Of a stretch of 64,000 bases of DNA, positions 49,650 through 59,281 are shown in pieces. How positions within the stretch are numbered: position 1 is the stretch's first letter; every line of letters starts with the position of its first letter. Source of the DNA: Ilumatobacteraceae bacterium (GTDB taxonomy: Bacteria; Actinomycetota; Acidimicrobiia; Acidimicrobiales; Ilumatobacteraceae); assembly GCA_963829675.1 (NCBI GenBank), contig CAWHJP010000020.1:2820-66819 (forward strand). Direction: 5' to 3'. The position numbers and the translations under genes are program-made. Under the pieces are notes generated by a model. That model ran no database searches. It was not told where the DNA came from and saw nothing but the letters and a program-made list of their open reading frames with translations.

Positions 49650-51373
49650 ATGGGGATCCAGGACGACGACATCGAACGGCTTCGTTCGACGGTGTCGATC
49701 GTCGACACGATCCAGCAGTACGTGGCGCTCAAGCGCGTCGGGCGGAACTGGGTGGGACTGTGCCCGTTCCACGCCGAGAAGAGCGGGTCGTTCAACGTTC
49801 GCGAGGAGACCGGCCGCTACAAGTGCTTCGGCTGCCAAGGCCGCCGGTGACGTGTTCACGTTCGTCCAGGAGATCGAACACCTCGACTTCCCGGGTGCCG
49901 TCGAGCATCTCGCGGCCAAGGCCGGGATGCAGCTCACGTACACCTCGACCGGCCAGTCGAAGGAGCGCGCCCGGCGCAAGGAGCTGACCGACGCGATGCA
50001 ACGCGCCGTCGAGTGGTACCACCAGCGCCTGCTCGACGACCCGGCCGCGCGACCGGCCCGTGACTACCTGCGCCAGCGCGGGCTGGCGGGCGACGTGGCA
50101 CGTCAGTTCAAGATCGGCTGGGCGCCCGACGACTGGGACGCGTTGAGCCGCGATCTCGCGCGTGCCGCCGGCGGTGCTGCAGGACATCGGGCTCGCCTTC
50201 CGGAACAAGCGCAACAAGATGCAGGACTCGTTCCGGGCGCGGGTGATGTTCCCGATCTTCTCCGAGGCGGGCGAGGCGCTCGCCTTCGGTGGCCGGATCC
50301 TGCCGGGATCCGACGACCCGGCGAAGTACAAGAACTCGGCGGAGACGGCGATCTACAGCAAGTCGAAGACGCTCTACGGGCTGAACTGGGCGAAGGCCGA
50401 CATCGCCAGGGCCGACCAGGTGGTGGTGTGCGAGGGCTACACCGACGTGATCGGGTTCCATCGGGCGGGTGTGCCACGGGCGGTCGCGACGTGTGGCACC
50501 GCGTTGACCGAGGAACACGTACGCCTGCTGAAGCGGTATGCGAGCAAGGTCGTGCTGGCGTTCGACGCCGACGCCGCGGGACAGGGAGCCGCGGAGCGGT
50601 TCTACGAGTGGGAGCAGAAGCACGCCGTCGAGGTCTCGGTGGCCGCGCCTGCCGCAGGGGAAGGATCCGGGGGAACTCGCCCAGTCCGATCCCGACGTCG
50701 TTGGGCGCGTCGGTCGCCTCGTCGGTGCCGTTCCTCGGATTCCGCCTGCAGCGGACGCTCCACGCCCGCGCCGCCGAGACGCCCGAGCAGCGGGCGCGGT
50801 TGGCGGAGGAGGCGATGGCGGTCGTCAACGAGCATCCCAATGCCAACGTCCGCAAGCTCTACGCCGGCGAGGTCGCCGCTCGGGTCGGGCTGCCGGTCGC
50901 CGACCTCGTCCGGTTGGCCGAGCGCGGGATGAAGCACCCGTCGATCCAGGTGTCCCGTGCCGGCGCGCGGCACCCGATGGAGAACGCCGAGTTCGCGGCG
51001 CTGGTGCTGTTGGTGCAGGACTGGAACTCGATCGCGCCGTGGTTGGTCGAGGCAGCTGTTCGACGACGACGCCAACCGGATGGCGTTCCTCGCGCTCGCC
51101 GAGTCGGGCGGCGACTTTCCCGCCGCGTTGGACCTCGTCGCGCCCGATGCCCGTGAAGTTCTCGAACGTGCCGCGGTCGCCGACCTGAATCTCGTGCCGG
51201 AGGTCGAGGCGCGCACGCTGATCGCGGCCGCCGTGCGCCGTGAGCTGCGGTTGCGTGCCGGGCTGACCGATCGGGCGGTCGATCGACGACGACCGGCAGG
51301 CCCGGCTCGACGTCGAACGCACTCGTCGATCCCGATCGACAACGCGCTCAGGCTGCGGCCGAGTCATTGCTAG
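49650..51373 (+). pseudogene. dnaG: DNA primase, at least 5-6 frame breaks
   Basis: Reconstructed in order:
- Zn-finger N-terminus (CPFHAEKSGSFNV…YKCFGCQ)
- GDVFTFVQEIEHLDFPGAVEHLA…
- RNKRNKMQDSFRARVMFPIF…AFGGR…AKYKNS…VVVCEGYTDVI…TCGTALTEEHV…LAFDADAAGQ
- LPQGKDPGEL
- C-terminal helical part
Breaks near 49845, 50160, 50650, 50700 and 51055, possibly also 51290. Confidence 0.88.
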
Positions 51374-51474
51374 GTTGGCTCAATCGCCGATCAGACGAAC
51401 GCCGGCGGTGGGGCCAGCTGATCCAGCTGCCGACACCGAGCACGAGCGCCCATTCGTCGCGGCCGATCCACGGT

Positions 51475-52727
51475 GTGAACGTCGTCGAGTGGGACGCGCT
51501 GATCGAACGGGGGCGTCGCTCGGGTCGTGTTCACGCCGAGGACGTCACCCACGTGTTCCGCGACGTCGAACTCACCGGCGACGTGCTTGGCCGACATCCA
51601 GCAGGCGATGATCGGCCGTCGGGATCACGATCGACGATCGCGGTGGAGCCGGTGGTGGACGAGACGCCGTCGTCGTTGCGGCGCGAGACTGATCGTCGAG
51701 TCCCGCGGATCGAGCCCGGCGGCGACGACGTCGACGAGCAGTTGCTGAGCCGACGGCGGACCGCGGCGGACCAAGCGGGTGGCGCCCAAGGGCGACGGCG
51801 GCACGTCCGATGCCGTGCGGATGTACCTGCGCGAGATCGGCCAGGTCGATCTGCTCACGACCGACGACGAGCGGCGGCTCGCCCAGCTGATCGAGGAGGG
51901 CAAGCTCGCCGCGGCAGCGCATCGACGAGGCGGCGGCCGCCGGGCGGCCGTTCGAGGGCGTCGAGAACCGCATGCTGATGCGGGCCGTCAGCCGGGGGGA
52001 GCGGGCCAAGAGCGAGCTGACACAGGCCAACCTGCGACTGGTGGTGAGCATCGCCAAGCGCTATTCGGGCCGTGGGATGCAGCTGCTCGATCTGATCCAG
52101 GAGGGCAACCTGGGCCTGATGCGGGCGGTCGACAAGTTCGACTACACGAAGGGGTTCAAGTTCTCCACCTACGCCACGTGGTGGATCCGTCAGGCCATCA
52201 CCCGGTCGATCGCCGATCAGGCGCGCACGATCCGGATTCCCGTGCACATGGTCGAGCACATGAACCGGGTGTCCAGGGCGAAGCGGCAGATGCACCAGGA
52301 ACTGGAACGGGAGCCGACCGTCGACGAACTGGCGGCACGGTTGCAACTCGAGCCCGACCGGATCCGAGAGCTGCTGCGATACGCACTCGATCCGCTGTCG
52401 CTCGACTCGCCGATCGGCGAGGAGGACGAGTCGAACCTGGCCGACTTCATCGAGGACGACACGATCGACAGCCCCGCCGACGCCGCGACCAGGGCGATGC
52501 TCACCGAGGCCGTCGGCGAGGTGCTCGGCGAGCTGTCCGAGCGCGAGCAGGAGATCGTGCGGCTGCGCTTCGGGCTCGATGGCGGCCAGGCCAAGACCTT
52601 GGAGGAGGTCGGCAAGGAGTTCGGCGTCACCCGGGAGCGGATCCGCCAGATCGAGGCCAAGACGCTGGCCAAGCTCCGCCATCCCCAACGCTCGCAACGC
52701 CTCCGAGAGTTCCTCGAGCTCGAGTAG
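51475..52727 (+). pseudogene. rpoD: principal (group 1) sigma-70 factor, several frame breaks in the 5' third
   Basis: Intact ORF 51972..52727 carries regions 2-4 ([10 protein letters not shown]…[29 protein letters not shown]…IRIPVHM…, …[21 protein letters not shown]). Upstream pieces ([31 protein letters not shown]; VNVVEWDALIERGRRSG…) lie in other frames. Start approximate. Confidence 0.88.
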
Positions 52728-52736
52728 TCCTCGGCC

Positions 52737-52900
52737 GATGGCGATGTCGGGGCAATAGCGCCCCGCAACTACATCGCCGGACGGTGCCCCGGCGGCGATG
52801 GCGATGTCGGGTGAATAGCGCCCCAACGACATCGCCGGACGGGTTGCCCCGGGGGCGATGGCGATGTCGGGCCAATAGCGCCCCGCTACTACATCGCCGA
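52737..52900. repeat. 60-bp tandem repeat, about 2.7 copies, each unit containing an imperfect palindrome
   Basis: Units start at 52737, 52797 and 52857 (GATGGCGATGTCGGGGCAATAGCGCCCCGCAACTACATCGCCGGACGG…). Within a unit GGCGATGT pairs with ACATCGCC and CGGGGC with GCCCCG. Located between rpoD and tRNA-Asn. Confidence 0.9.
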
Positions 52901-52953
52901 CCGCACCGGCGTGTGATGGCCATGATCGAGGCGGTAACCTCATCGTTCGCCAT

Positions 52954-53029
52954 TCCGGGATAGCTCAGTTGGCAGAGCAGGGCACTGTTAATGCTCTTGT
53001 CGCAGGTTCGAGCCCTGCTCCCGGAGCCA
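52954..53029 (+). tRNA. tRNA-Asn (GTT), CCA encoded
   Basis: Cloverleaf folded by hand: acceptor TCCGGGA/TCCCGGA, D-arm GCTC/GAGC, anticodon loop CTGTTAA, T-arm GCAGG-TTCGAGC-CCTGC, discriminator G, then CCA. Confidence 0.93.
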
Positions 53030-53032
53030 AGA

Positions 53033-53072
53033 CGAACGGGACCTCGAACTTCGAGGTCCCGTTCGACGTTTT
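53033..53072 (+). terminator. intrinsic terminator after tRNA-Asn
   Basis: 13-bp stem CGAACGGGACCTC/GAGGTCCCGTTCG followed by ACGTTTT. Confidence 0.7.
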
Positions 53073-53119
53073 CGGGTCCGGTTCGCTACCTTCCGGGTTC
53101 CGAGGACGAGGGGGAACTG

Positions 53120-54030
53120 ATGGAACTGGGTGCTGGAAAGATCGCTGTCGTGACGGTGCGGGGAGTGGGATCGGTTTCGCGCTGGCTGATGCACTGGCAG
53201 TTGCCGGCTGCTCGATCGTGCTGGCCGACGTGCAGGACGATGCCTTCGAGCGAGCGGCCGGCAGCGATCGCCGAACTCGGCGTCGAGACACTGGCCGTTC
53301 GCACCGATGTGAGCAAGGCGGATCAGGTCGACGCGCTCGCCCAAGCGACGCTCGATCGGTTCGGCGCCGTGCATGTCGTGTGCAACAACGCCGGCGTCGC
53401 CGGTAGCCGGCGACCCGTGGTTCGGCCCGATCGACGGCTGGGAGTGGACGATGGGGGTCAACTTCTGGGGCATGGTCTACGGCGTGCGAACGTTCCTGCC
53501 CCACATCGTCACTGTCCGGCGGTGGTCACATCGTCAACACCGCATCGATGGCCGGGCTGTATCCGGGCTTCGCTCCTGCCTACGACGCGAGCAAGCACGC
53601 CGTCGTTGCGATGACCGAGTCGCTGTTCCACAACATGCAGATGCTCAGGACTGCCGGTCGGGGTCAGCTGTCTGTGTCCGGGGTGGGTGAAGACCGGCAT
53701 CATCGACTCCGACCGGAACTGGCCCGCCGAGTATGGCGACATGCCGGCCCGATCGACCCGGCGGCTGAAGATCACGCGTGACTACGTTCGCCGAGCGATC
53801 GACGAGGGGATGCAACCCGGGCGGTCGCCGATCTTGTCGTCGACGCGATCACGGGCCGGGCGGTATCTGGGTCCTCCCACACCCCGAGTTCCTGGACATC
53901 GCGATCGAGCGGTGGCACGAGCATCGGCTGAGGGGCACAACCCGGTCGCGCCCGAGGAGACCCCCGGGCATGCCGCCCCGATCGCAGATGATCGCCGAGG
54001 TCATGGAGGCGATCGCCGCCACGGGCGAGC
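53120..54030 (+). pseudogene. short-chain dehydrogenase/reductase (SDR), at least 5 frame breaks; 3' end not locatable
   Basis: Pieces: MELGAGKIAVVT | GAGSGIGFALADALAVAGCSIVLADV | …LAVRTDVSKADQVDAL…FGAVHVVCNNAGVA | …WEWTMGVNFWGMVYGVRTFLPHIV | GHIVNTASMAGL…YDASKHAVVAMTESL | …KTGIIDS… Two + frames stay open from about 53700 into tRNA-Met, so the end coordinate is a guess. Confidence 0.7.
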
Positions 54031-54110
54031 GGGCCTTCGACCGCGGAGTCGACTCGGCGCCACAGACCGGTCGCGCCGATCCGGGCGGTCGGCTATCGTT
54101 GCGGCTCTGC

Positions 54111-54184
54111 GGGGCGGTAGCTCAGTCGGTTAGAGCAGCGGACTCATAATCCGTGGGTCGTGGGTTCGAGCCCCACCCGCCCCA
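54111..54184 (+). tRNA. tRNA-Met (CAT), elongator type; tRNA-Ile2 (lysidine) cannot be excluded
   Basis: Acceptor GGGGCGG/CCGCCCC with an intact 1:72 G-C pair, so it is not an initiator. Anticodon loop CTCATAA, T-arm GTGGG-TTCGAGC-CCCAC, discriminator A, no encoded CCA. Confidence 0.88.
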
Positions 54185-54200
54185 CACGATCTATGTGCTA

Positions 54201-54267
54201 CTTCGGCTGATGGTCTGACATTTGGGCTTCGGCTGATGCATGACAGTGTGTCGGTTGATGCTTGACA
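54201..54267. repeat. three direct ~19-bp repeats (CTTCGGCTGATG-N2-3-TGACA) between tRNA-Met and the IS remnant
   Basis: CTTCGGCTGATGGTCTGACA (54201-54220), CTTCGGCTGATGCATGACA (54227-54245), GTCGGTTGATGCTTGACA (54250-54267). Confidence 0.8.
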
Positions 54268-54286
54268 GCTCGACTCCATGTGGGAG

Positions 54287-54536
54287 ATGAGTGTGAGTGA
54301 GCAGCGGTATCAGGCGGTCATTGCGGTGATCGGCGAGGGGTGCACGGTGACGGAGGTGGCGGCCCGGTTCGGGGTGTCGCGTCAGACGATGCGTGCGTGG
54401 TTGGCCAAGTACGAAGCGTGGTGGTCTGGAGAACCTCGGTGATGGTTCGCATCGGCCGCGGTCGTGTCCGCATCAGATGCCGGCCAGTTTGGTTCGTCCG
54501 ATGCCGACGCGGGTACTGCGCAGCGATGATCAGTGA
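54287..54536 (+). mobile_element. 5' remnant of an IS481-family-like transposase gene (HTH N-terminus only, frameshifted and truncated)
   Basis: MSVSEQRYQAVIAVIGEGCTVTEVAARFGVSRQTMRAWLAKYEA… with a stop at 54440-54442. After a 1-nt shift it continues GGLENLGDGSHRPRSCPHQMPA… to 54536. No DDE catalytic region follows; a histidine-phosphatase gene starts at 54526. The family call is from memory of IS481 N-termini. Confidence 0.6.
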
Positions 54537-55260
54537 TCCGACCGAGCTGTGGCTGGTGCGCCACGGTCAGAGTCTCGGCAACGTCGCCCGAGATCGGGCG
54601 CGCGACGAGCAGGTCGAAACGCTTGACATCGCCGAACGCGACATGGACGTTCCGCTGTCGGATCTCGGTGTCCAGCAGGCGCAGGCGCTCGGCCGCTGGC
54701 TCGGAGCACAGGAACGGCGCCCTGAGGTCGTGCTCGCGTCACCGTACGAGCGGGCGTCGCAAACGGCGTCGATCGCACTGGACGAGGCCGGTCTGGATCT
54801 ACGCGTTCATCTCGATGAGCGTCTCCGGGAGCGGGAATTGGGCGTGCTCGACCTGTTGACGTCGCACGGTGTCGCCACGAGGTATCCGATCGAGGCCGAG
54901 CGGCGCCGGCGCCTCGGCAAGTTCTACCATCGGCCGCCAGGAGGCGAGAGTTGGGTGGACGTCGCTCTTCGGATCCGCTCGCTGCGCGACTCGCTCGCCA
55001 GGGAGCATCTCGACAAGCGCGTGCTGCTCGTGACGCACGAGGTTGTCATCGTCATGTGGCGCTACCTGATCGAGGATCTCGACGAATCGAGCGCGTTGGC
55101 GCTTTCGCGCGAACACCCGCTGCCCAACTGTTCGCTGACGCGCTACGTGCGGGATCGCAATGATGAACTGGCACTCGACCTCGACGCCTGGGCGGCGCCA
55201 CTCGAATCGGCCGACGTCCCGGTTACGGAAGAACATGACGCCCGTGTCGCGCCTCGCTGA
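54526..55260 (+). CDS. histidine phosphatase (phosphoglycerate-mutase-like) family protein
   Basis: ATG 54526 inside ORF 54340..55260. LWLVRHGQSLGN…LSDLG…ASPYERASQTA…LVTHEVVI. Confidence 0.85.
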   Translation: MISDPTELWLVRHGQSLGNVARDRARDEQVETLDIAERDMDVPLSDLGVQQAQALGRWLGAQERRPEVVLASPYERASQTASIALDEAGLDLRVHLDERLRERELGVLDLLTSHGVATRYPIEAERRRRLGKFYHRPPGGESWVDVALRIRSLRDSLAREHLDKRVLLVTHEVVIVMWRYLIEDLDESSALALSREHPLPNCSLTRYVRDRNDELALDLDAWAAPLESADVPVTEEHDARVAPR

Positions 55261-55307
55261 TACGCGGCAGGATTCGGCTGGGGTGACGCCAGCTCGACGC
55301 GGCGCTG

Positions 55308-56107
55308 TTGCGGTCGTGGCCACTGCCGGTCGGTGACGGGACTGACAAGTACTCCCGGGGAACGGTCCTGGTCGTCGGTGGGTCGACCATGACGCCCGGC
55401 GCCGTCCTGCTGGCAGGTCGAGCAGCATTGCGAATGGGTGCGGGACGGGTGCAGGTCGCGACCGCGCCGGAGGTTGCGATCCCCGTCGGTGTCGCATTCC
55501 CGGAAGCCATGGTGATGCCGTGGCGAGCAGCGTCCGACGGCCCACTGCGAGAATCGATCGCCGAGGCCGATGCCGTCGTCGTCGGCCCGGGCCTCCTGGG
55601 TGACGAGGTGGCCGCCGTGGTGGACGCCGTGTTGCGTGATGTGCGTCCGGACTGCGTCGTGGTGCTCGATGCCGCGGCGATCATGGTGTTCGACCAGCTG
55701 GATCCGGCGACGGTCGACCGTGTGCGCGGGGGTTGTTGATGACGCCGAACCGCGAGGAGGCGCGCTCGTTGGTCACCGATGCGCCGTCCGGCGACGCGAG
55801 CGTGCTGGCGGCCGCGGCCCGTGCGACCGGTGCGGTGCTGACGTCCTTCGGAGGTGTCTACGCCCCGGATGGACGGCGGTGGCAGGCCGACGACGACGTT
55901 GTCGGGTTGGGTACCTCAGGGTCTGGTGACGTGCTCGCGGGACTGGCCGCTGGCGCCGCGGCACGGTGTGGCGATCGTTCGCAAGCGGCGTGTTGGGCCA
56001 CGTTTGCTCACTTTGCCGCGGCCCGCCGCTTCGAGGCTCGCCTGGGCACCCTCGGATACATGGCCACCGACATTCTCGCCGAGGTGCCCGCCTGTCTGCC
56101 CAGATGA
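55308..56107 (+). pseudogene. nnrD: ADP/ATP-dependent NAD(P)H-hydrate dehydratase, one frame break near 55730; start uncertain
   Basis: …LRSWPLPVGDGTDKYSRGTVLVVGGSTMTPGAVLLAGRAALRMGAGRVQVA…VVGPGL…VLDAAA… | LMTPNREEA…GLGTSGSGDVLAGLAAG…A. The TTG at 55308 is the first possible start after an in-frame TGA. Confidence 0.8.
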
Positions 56108-56135
56108 CAATGGGATCCCGTCGGGCCATCAACTA

Positions 56136-56594
56136 TCAGCTGAGCCAGGGGTAGCGGTCGGTGTCCTGGGCGGCGTAGTCGGGGTCGAGGTAGATGAAGC
56201 ATCGCTGGATAAAGAAGTCCCGGACCTCGAACACGTCGCACCAGCGGCCGGCCTTCCACTCGTCGACGCCGGCCCGCCAGGGGCCGTCGCGATGGACGCC
56301 GTGGCTGGTGCCCTCGCAGGCGAAGGTGTCGGTGCCGGTCATGATCCAGTTGAAGTGCGAGTAGTGGTGCACGATCTCCTGGATCGTCCCGCCCACGTCG
56401 CCGAACAGCTGGCCGATCTGGTCGTGGCCGTTGGCGAGGCCCCACTTGGGGAACCACACCTGCGCGTCGGTGGCGAACAGGCTGAGGATCGAGTCGCCGG
56501 TCGACGTGACGCCGCCGTTGTCGAACGCTTTGAGGTACTCGAGCGCCATGCTCTTGCGCTGCTCGTCGGTCATCGTCTCCCGTGCCACCGCCAT
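56136..56594 (-). CDS. NTF2/SnoaL-like fold protein
   Basis: Start at MAVARETMTDEQRKSMALEYLKAFDNGG… (56594). About 152 aa with an alpha+beta cone-like pattern (…WFPKWGLANGHDQIGQLF…HFNWIMTGTDTFACEGTSHG…WCDVFEVRDFFIQRCFIYLDPDY). Confidence 0.6.
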   Translation of the reverse strand: MAVARETMTDEQRKSMALEYLKAFDNGGVTSTGDSILSLFATDAQVWFPKWGLANGHDQIGQLFGDVGGTIQEIVHHYSHFNWIMTGTDTFACEGTSHGVHRDGPWRAGVDEWKAGRWCDVFEVRDFFIQRCFIYLDPDYAAQDTDRYPWLS

Positions 56595-56916
56595 GCGGTT
56601 CCCCTTTCCCCGGTGCCGACCCTCGTCGACACTGCGCCACATCGTCCCTGCACTGCGGGGTGCTGTCAATCCTTCGGGCTCGTCGGAATGGGTGCAAGCG
56701 CCGATGCGGCCGCTCGACCTTCTCGTCGAGCTGCGCCACACGGCGCCACGGGGAACTCATCATGGTTCGACCCCAACGCACGGAAACGCCCGCCCGTCAC
56801 ACAATCATGTATCTCGGCACGGCCTCGCATCTCTTCTCGGATAGGCGCTGTGCCGATGACACCGTGGGATAGCCAAATACGACGAACAGCGTTCGTAACA
56901 CGGGCGGAGGACTTCC

Positions 56917-57162
56917 ATGCCACATCAACGATTCGACGACGATCAGGCCCACCAGCGAGCGGAGCGATACCTCGCTTCGGTCCTGGGCGGTGATTGTGCG
57001 AGTGAGGTGCGCTGGGACGGCGACCACCACTTGCAAGGCCATCTCGACCATTCCGGCACGCACTTCGTCGTCATCGCACCCCGCGACGACGAGCACAATC
57101 CGATCGTCATGTCCGAGACCGAGTGGGACGCGTGTCGCCGTGGCCACTTGGCGAACGCCTGA
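56917..57162 (+). CDS. hypothetical small His/Asp-rich protein, 81 aa
   Basis: ATG preceded by GGAGGA; GC3 bias favours this strand over the antisense 164-aa ORF. No family recognised. Confidence 0.45.
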   Translation: MPHQRFDDDQAHQRAERYLASVLGGDCASEVRWDGDHHLQGHLDHSGTHFVVIAPRDDEHNPIVMSETEWDACRRGHLANA

Positions 57163-57358
57163 CCTACCGGCACCTCGTCGCAGGAGCGCACCCGGGTTGT
57201 CGCTCTTGCGTGACCTGGAGAACGAACCACGTAGCGCTCTCGATCGCGACCAGTTCGCTCGCTCCGTATAGCCGGGCATCGACCTCGCCACGAGCGCGTT
57301 GCAGATGTTCCCGCCTTGGGTTTCAGCGGACGGTTCAGCCCGAATCGGCTGGCGCGTG

Positions 57359-57613
57359 CTACAGGCTGATCACGAGGAGGAACACGACCAACGCCATCTG
57401 GGTCACACCAAGGATCTCTCCGGCTGTAGCGACAGCATCGCCTGTGAGCTGCCCCTTCGACATGGCGATCCTCGTTCTTGCGCGCCGACCGAGCAGGAAC
57501 CCGACCAGATCGAGCACGACGAGCGCGAACCGGAACCCCCAGAGTTCGAAGGTGAACGCGGTCACAAAGCCGAGGACGCCGAACAGTCCCAGTACGAGAC
57601 TCCAAACGGCCAT
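57359..57613 (-). CDS. small 2-TM membrane protein (DUF4190-like)
   Basis: MAVWSLVLGLFGVLGFVTAFTFELWGFRFALVVLDLVGFLLGRRARTRI…GDAVATAGEILGVTQMALVVFLLVISL. Confidence 0.6.
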   Translation of the reverse strand: MAVWSLVLGLFGVLGFVTAFTFELWGFRFALVVLDLVGFLLGRRARTRIAMSKGQLTGDAVATAGEILGVTQMALVVFLLVISL

Positions 57614-57889
57614 GCTCGAGGTTCCGAGGCGGCGCTGCGACAGAGCCGCGCCGCCGCGAACGCGCTTGAGCGAGGTCGAGGCGTAACGCGGCGCTCATTC
57701 GAGGTCCTGGCTTGGTCGCTGACGAGAACCCCGACCCGACACCGTCACGCAAGTCCTGCTGCTCGACCAAGTGAGATGAATACGTGGGTTCATGGGTTGA
57801 GGGTGTCCGTTGAGGCTCGTGCCGGCTGCCCCGTTGGGCATCCGAGGGGGAGGTTGTTGTTCTTATCGGCACATTATTTATGTTCTAAA

Positions 57890-57905
57890 GGACCCTTTAG
57901 GGTCC
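57890..57905 (-). terminator. short hairpin GGACCC-TAAA-GGGTCC overlapping the stop codon of the 57897..58160 gene, followed on the minus strand by an A/T-rich run
   Basis: Minus strand reads …GACTTTGGACCCTAAAGGGTCCTTTAGAACATAAATAATGTGCC. This is one of the few AT-rich patches in the window. Confidence 0.4.
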
Positions 57906-58160
57906 AAAGTCACACTCGTACTCCTGCGCGTCACGTGCCTCGACCTTGTTGCCCCCGCAACTCCACGCGCCCCGCGAACGCCGGTTGAGTCGGCCGTACA
58001 CGAGGTCGTCTTTCACCGTGCTGCTGCACCACGTCAGCGATGGAGTGTTGATCCATTCCACAATCTTCGGGACGTCGGGGTCCCTCTCGGTGTCGACCCC
58101 GAGCACCGGTCCGATTCCGATCGGCTCAGCGAACTGTTCGAAGAACTCCAACGGTGGCAC
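57897..58160 (-). CDS. hypothetical protein, 87 aa
   Basis: GTG-start ORF: MPPLEFFEQFAEPIGIGPVLGVDTERDPDVPKIVEWINTPS…GNKVEARDAQEYECDFGP. Protein-like composition; family not recognised; may be incomplete at the 5' end. Confidence 0.4.
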   Translation of the reverse strand: MPPLEFFEQFAEPIGIGPVLGVDTERDPDVPKIVEWINTPSLTWCSSTVKDDLVYGRLNRRSRGAWSCGGNKVEARDAQEYECDFGP

Positions 58161-58247
58161 GATCGGCGGGTGGACCTGGTGGCGGTTGTCCTGCGAAGCC
58201 GTCGGACCACGGTTGCGAAGCCGCCTGCTGGTGACTCGCGACGGCTC

Positions 58248-58616
58248 CTACTCCCAGTCGAGCTGGTGCTCCGGCACACCCACATGTCGCCCATACGCGG
58301 CCGCCTCCTCGCGACCGACTGAGTCGCCGCGTCGGTACCGAAAGACCCGATCGGCAAAGATCACGATCTTGTCGTCGCCGACGTCGATGTCCGCATACCA
58401 GCCACCCTCGACGAGGAGGGCGGCAGAAAGCGTCTCGGCAACGTCCCTGGCGAGGTCGTCGGAACCGGCGAAGTCGACGAATGTCCACACGTGCGGCTGT
58501 CCGGCGACTGCGCCGTCCTCGGCCCGCACGGCACCGTCAGGGCGCGTGCCGGCAGACACGTCGTGGCGGCTGACGGAGGTCAGCTCGACGCCTGCCAGCT
58601 TGACCTTTGCTCCCAT
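58248..58616 (-). CDS. hypothetical protein, about 122 aa
   Basis: ATG 58616 (GTG 58649 also possible). MGAKVKLAGVELTSVSRHDV…HVWTFVDFAGSDDLARDVAETLSAALLVEGGWYADIDVGDDKIVIFADRVFRYRRGDSVGREEAAAYGRHVGVPEHQLDWE. Confidence 0.5.
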   Translation of the reverse strand: MGAKVKLAGVELTSVSRHDVSAGTRPDGAVRAEDGAVAGQPHVWTFVDFAGSDDLARDVAETLSAALLVEGGWYADIDVGDDKIVIFADRVFRYRRGDSVGREEAAAYGRHVGVPEHQLDWE

Positions 58617-59023
58617 CCGCAGGCTCTCAGCGATGACTCGGCCACGCACGCACGGCAGCGTAGACGGGCCTGCCGATCGGCTGATCGGTGCGGCTGTTCT
58701 TGCCCTTTTGAGGCTTGACACGAGTGGGGTGAATGTCAGACGGCCCAACTGGACCCGGCAGTGAAGGCGACACCCCCTGCGGCACCTCGTGGGAGTCGAC
58801 CCGCTCGACATCGGTCTCAGGATCGAACGCGAGCTGCTCGACCTGCCCGTTCGTCTGGCATGGATGGTGGCGTGTCACGGCGGACCGGCGCGTGTTGCGA
58901 GCGTCGATGGGAGTATTGGCGGTGACGTGCATCGCCTGGGAACGGTCGACCTCGAGCCCCGCCGCCGATCTGCATCGATCGACGACGGGGCCTGGTCCAC
59001 ACTCGCCGTCCTGTCGGCTTCGG

Positions 59024-59281
59024 TCAGCGCGTTGTCACGCGGTCGTCGTAGGTACGGACGACGTCGTGTCGTTTACGGCCCGCGAGGCCTGCCAGACCGA
59101 CGAGGCCGAGCAGCCCGAGCAGACCCCAGTCGTCGAATCCGCTCTCGTCGTTCTCGTCCACCGGGTTGTCGATGGCCTCGACGTCGTTGGGATCAGCGGG
59201 CGGTGTCGTCGCCAACACGGCCGAAACTGGAAGGACGGTGAGCGCCGCCGCAATGGCGGTCGCTGTGATTGTCTTGCGCAT
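59024..59281 (-). CDS. small secreted acidic protein with a C-terminal WGxxGxxG-type hydrophobic anchor
   Basis: ATG 59281 preceded by AAGGGGG. Signal peptide MRKTITATAIAAALTVLPVSAVLA, acidic middle (DPNDVEAIDNPVDENDESGFDD), then WGLLGLLGLVGLAGLAGRKR. Confidence 0.65.
   Translation of the reverse strand: MRKTITATAIAAALTVLPVSAVLATTPPADPNDVEAIDNPVDENDESGFDDWGLLGLLGLVGLAGLAGRKRHDVVRTYDDRVTTR

Noticed and set aside
49650-52727. Programmed ribosomal frameshifting in dnaG/rpoD
   Set aside because: There are too many switches per gene, in both directions, and no slippery heptamers or downstream structures at the junctions. Indels are the simpler explanation.
52737-52900. Possible small CRISPR array (regular 60-bp period)
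   Set aside because: The whole 60-bp unit is repeated, including the would-be spacer part. There are no unique spacers and only about 2.7 copies, and no cas genes are in the window. It is better described as a tandem or REP-like repeat.
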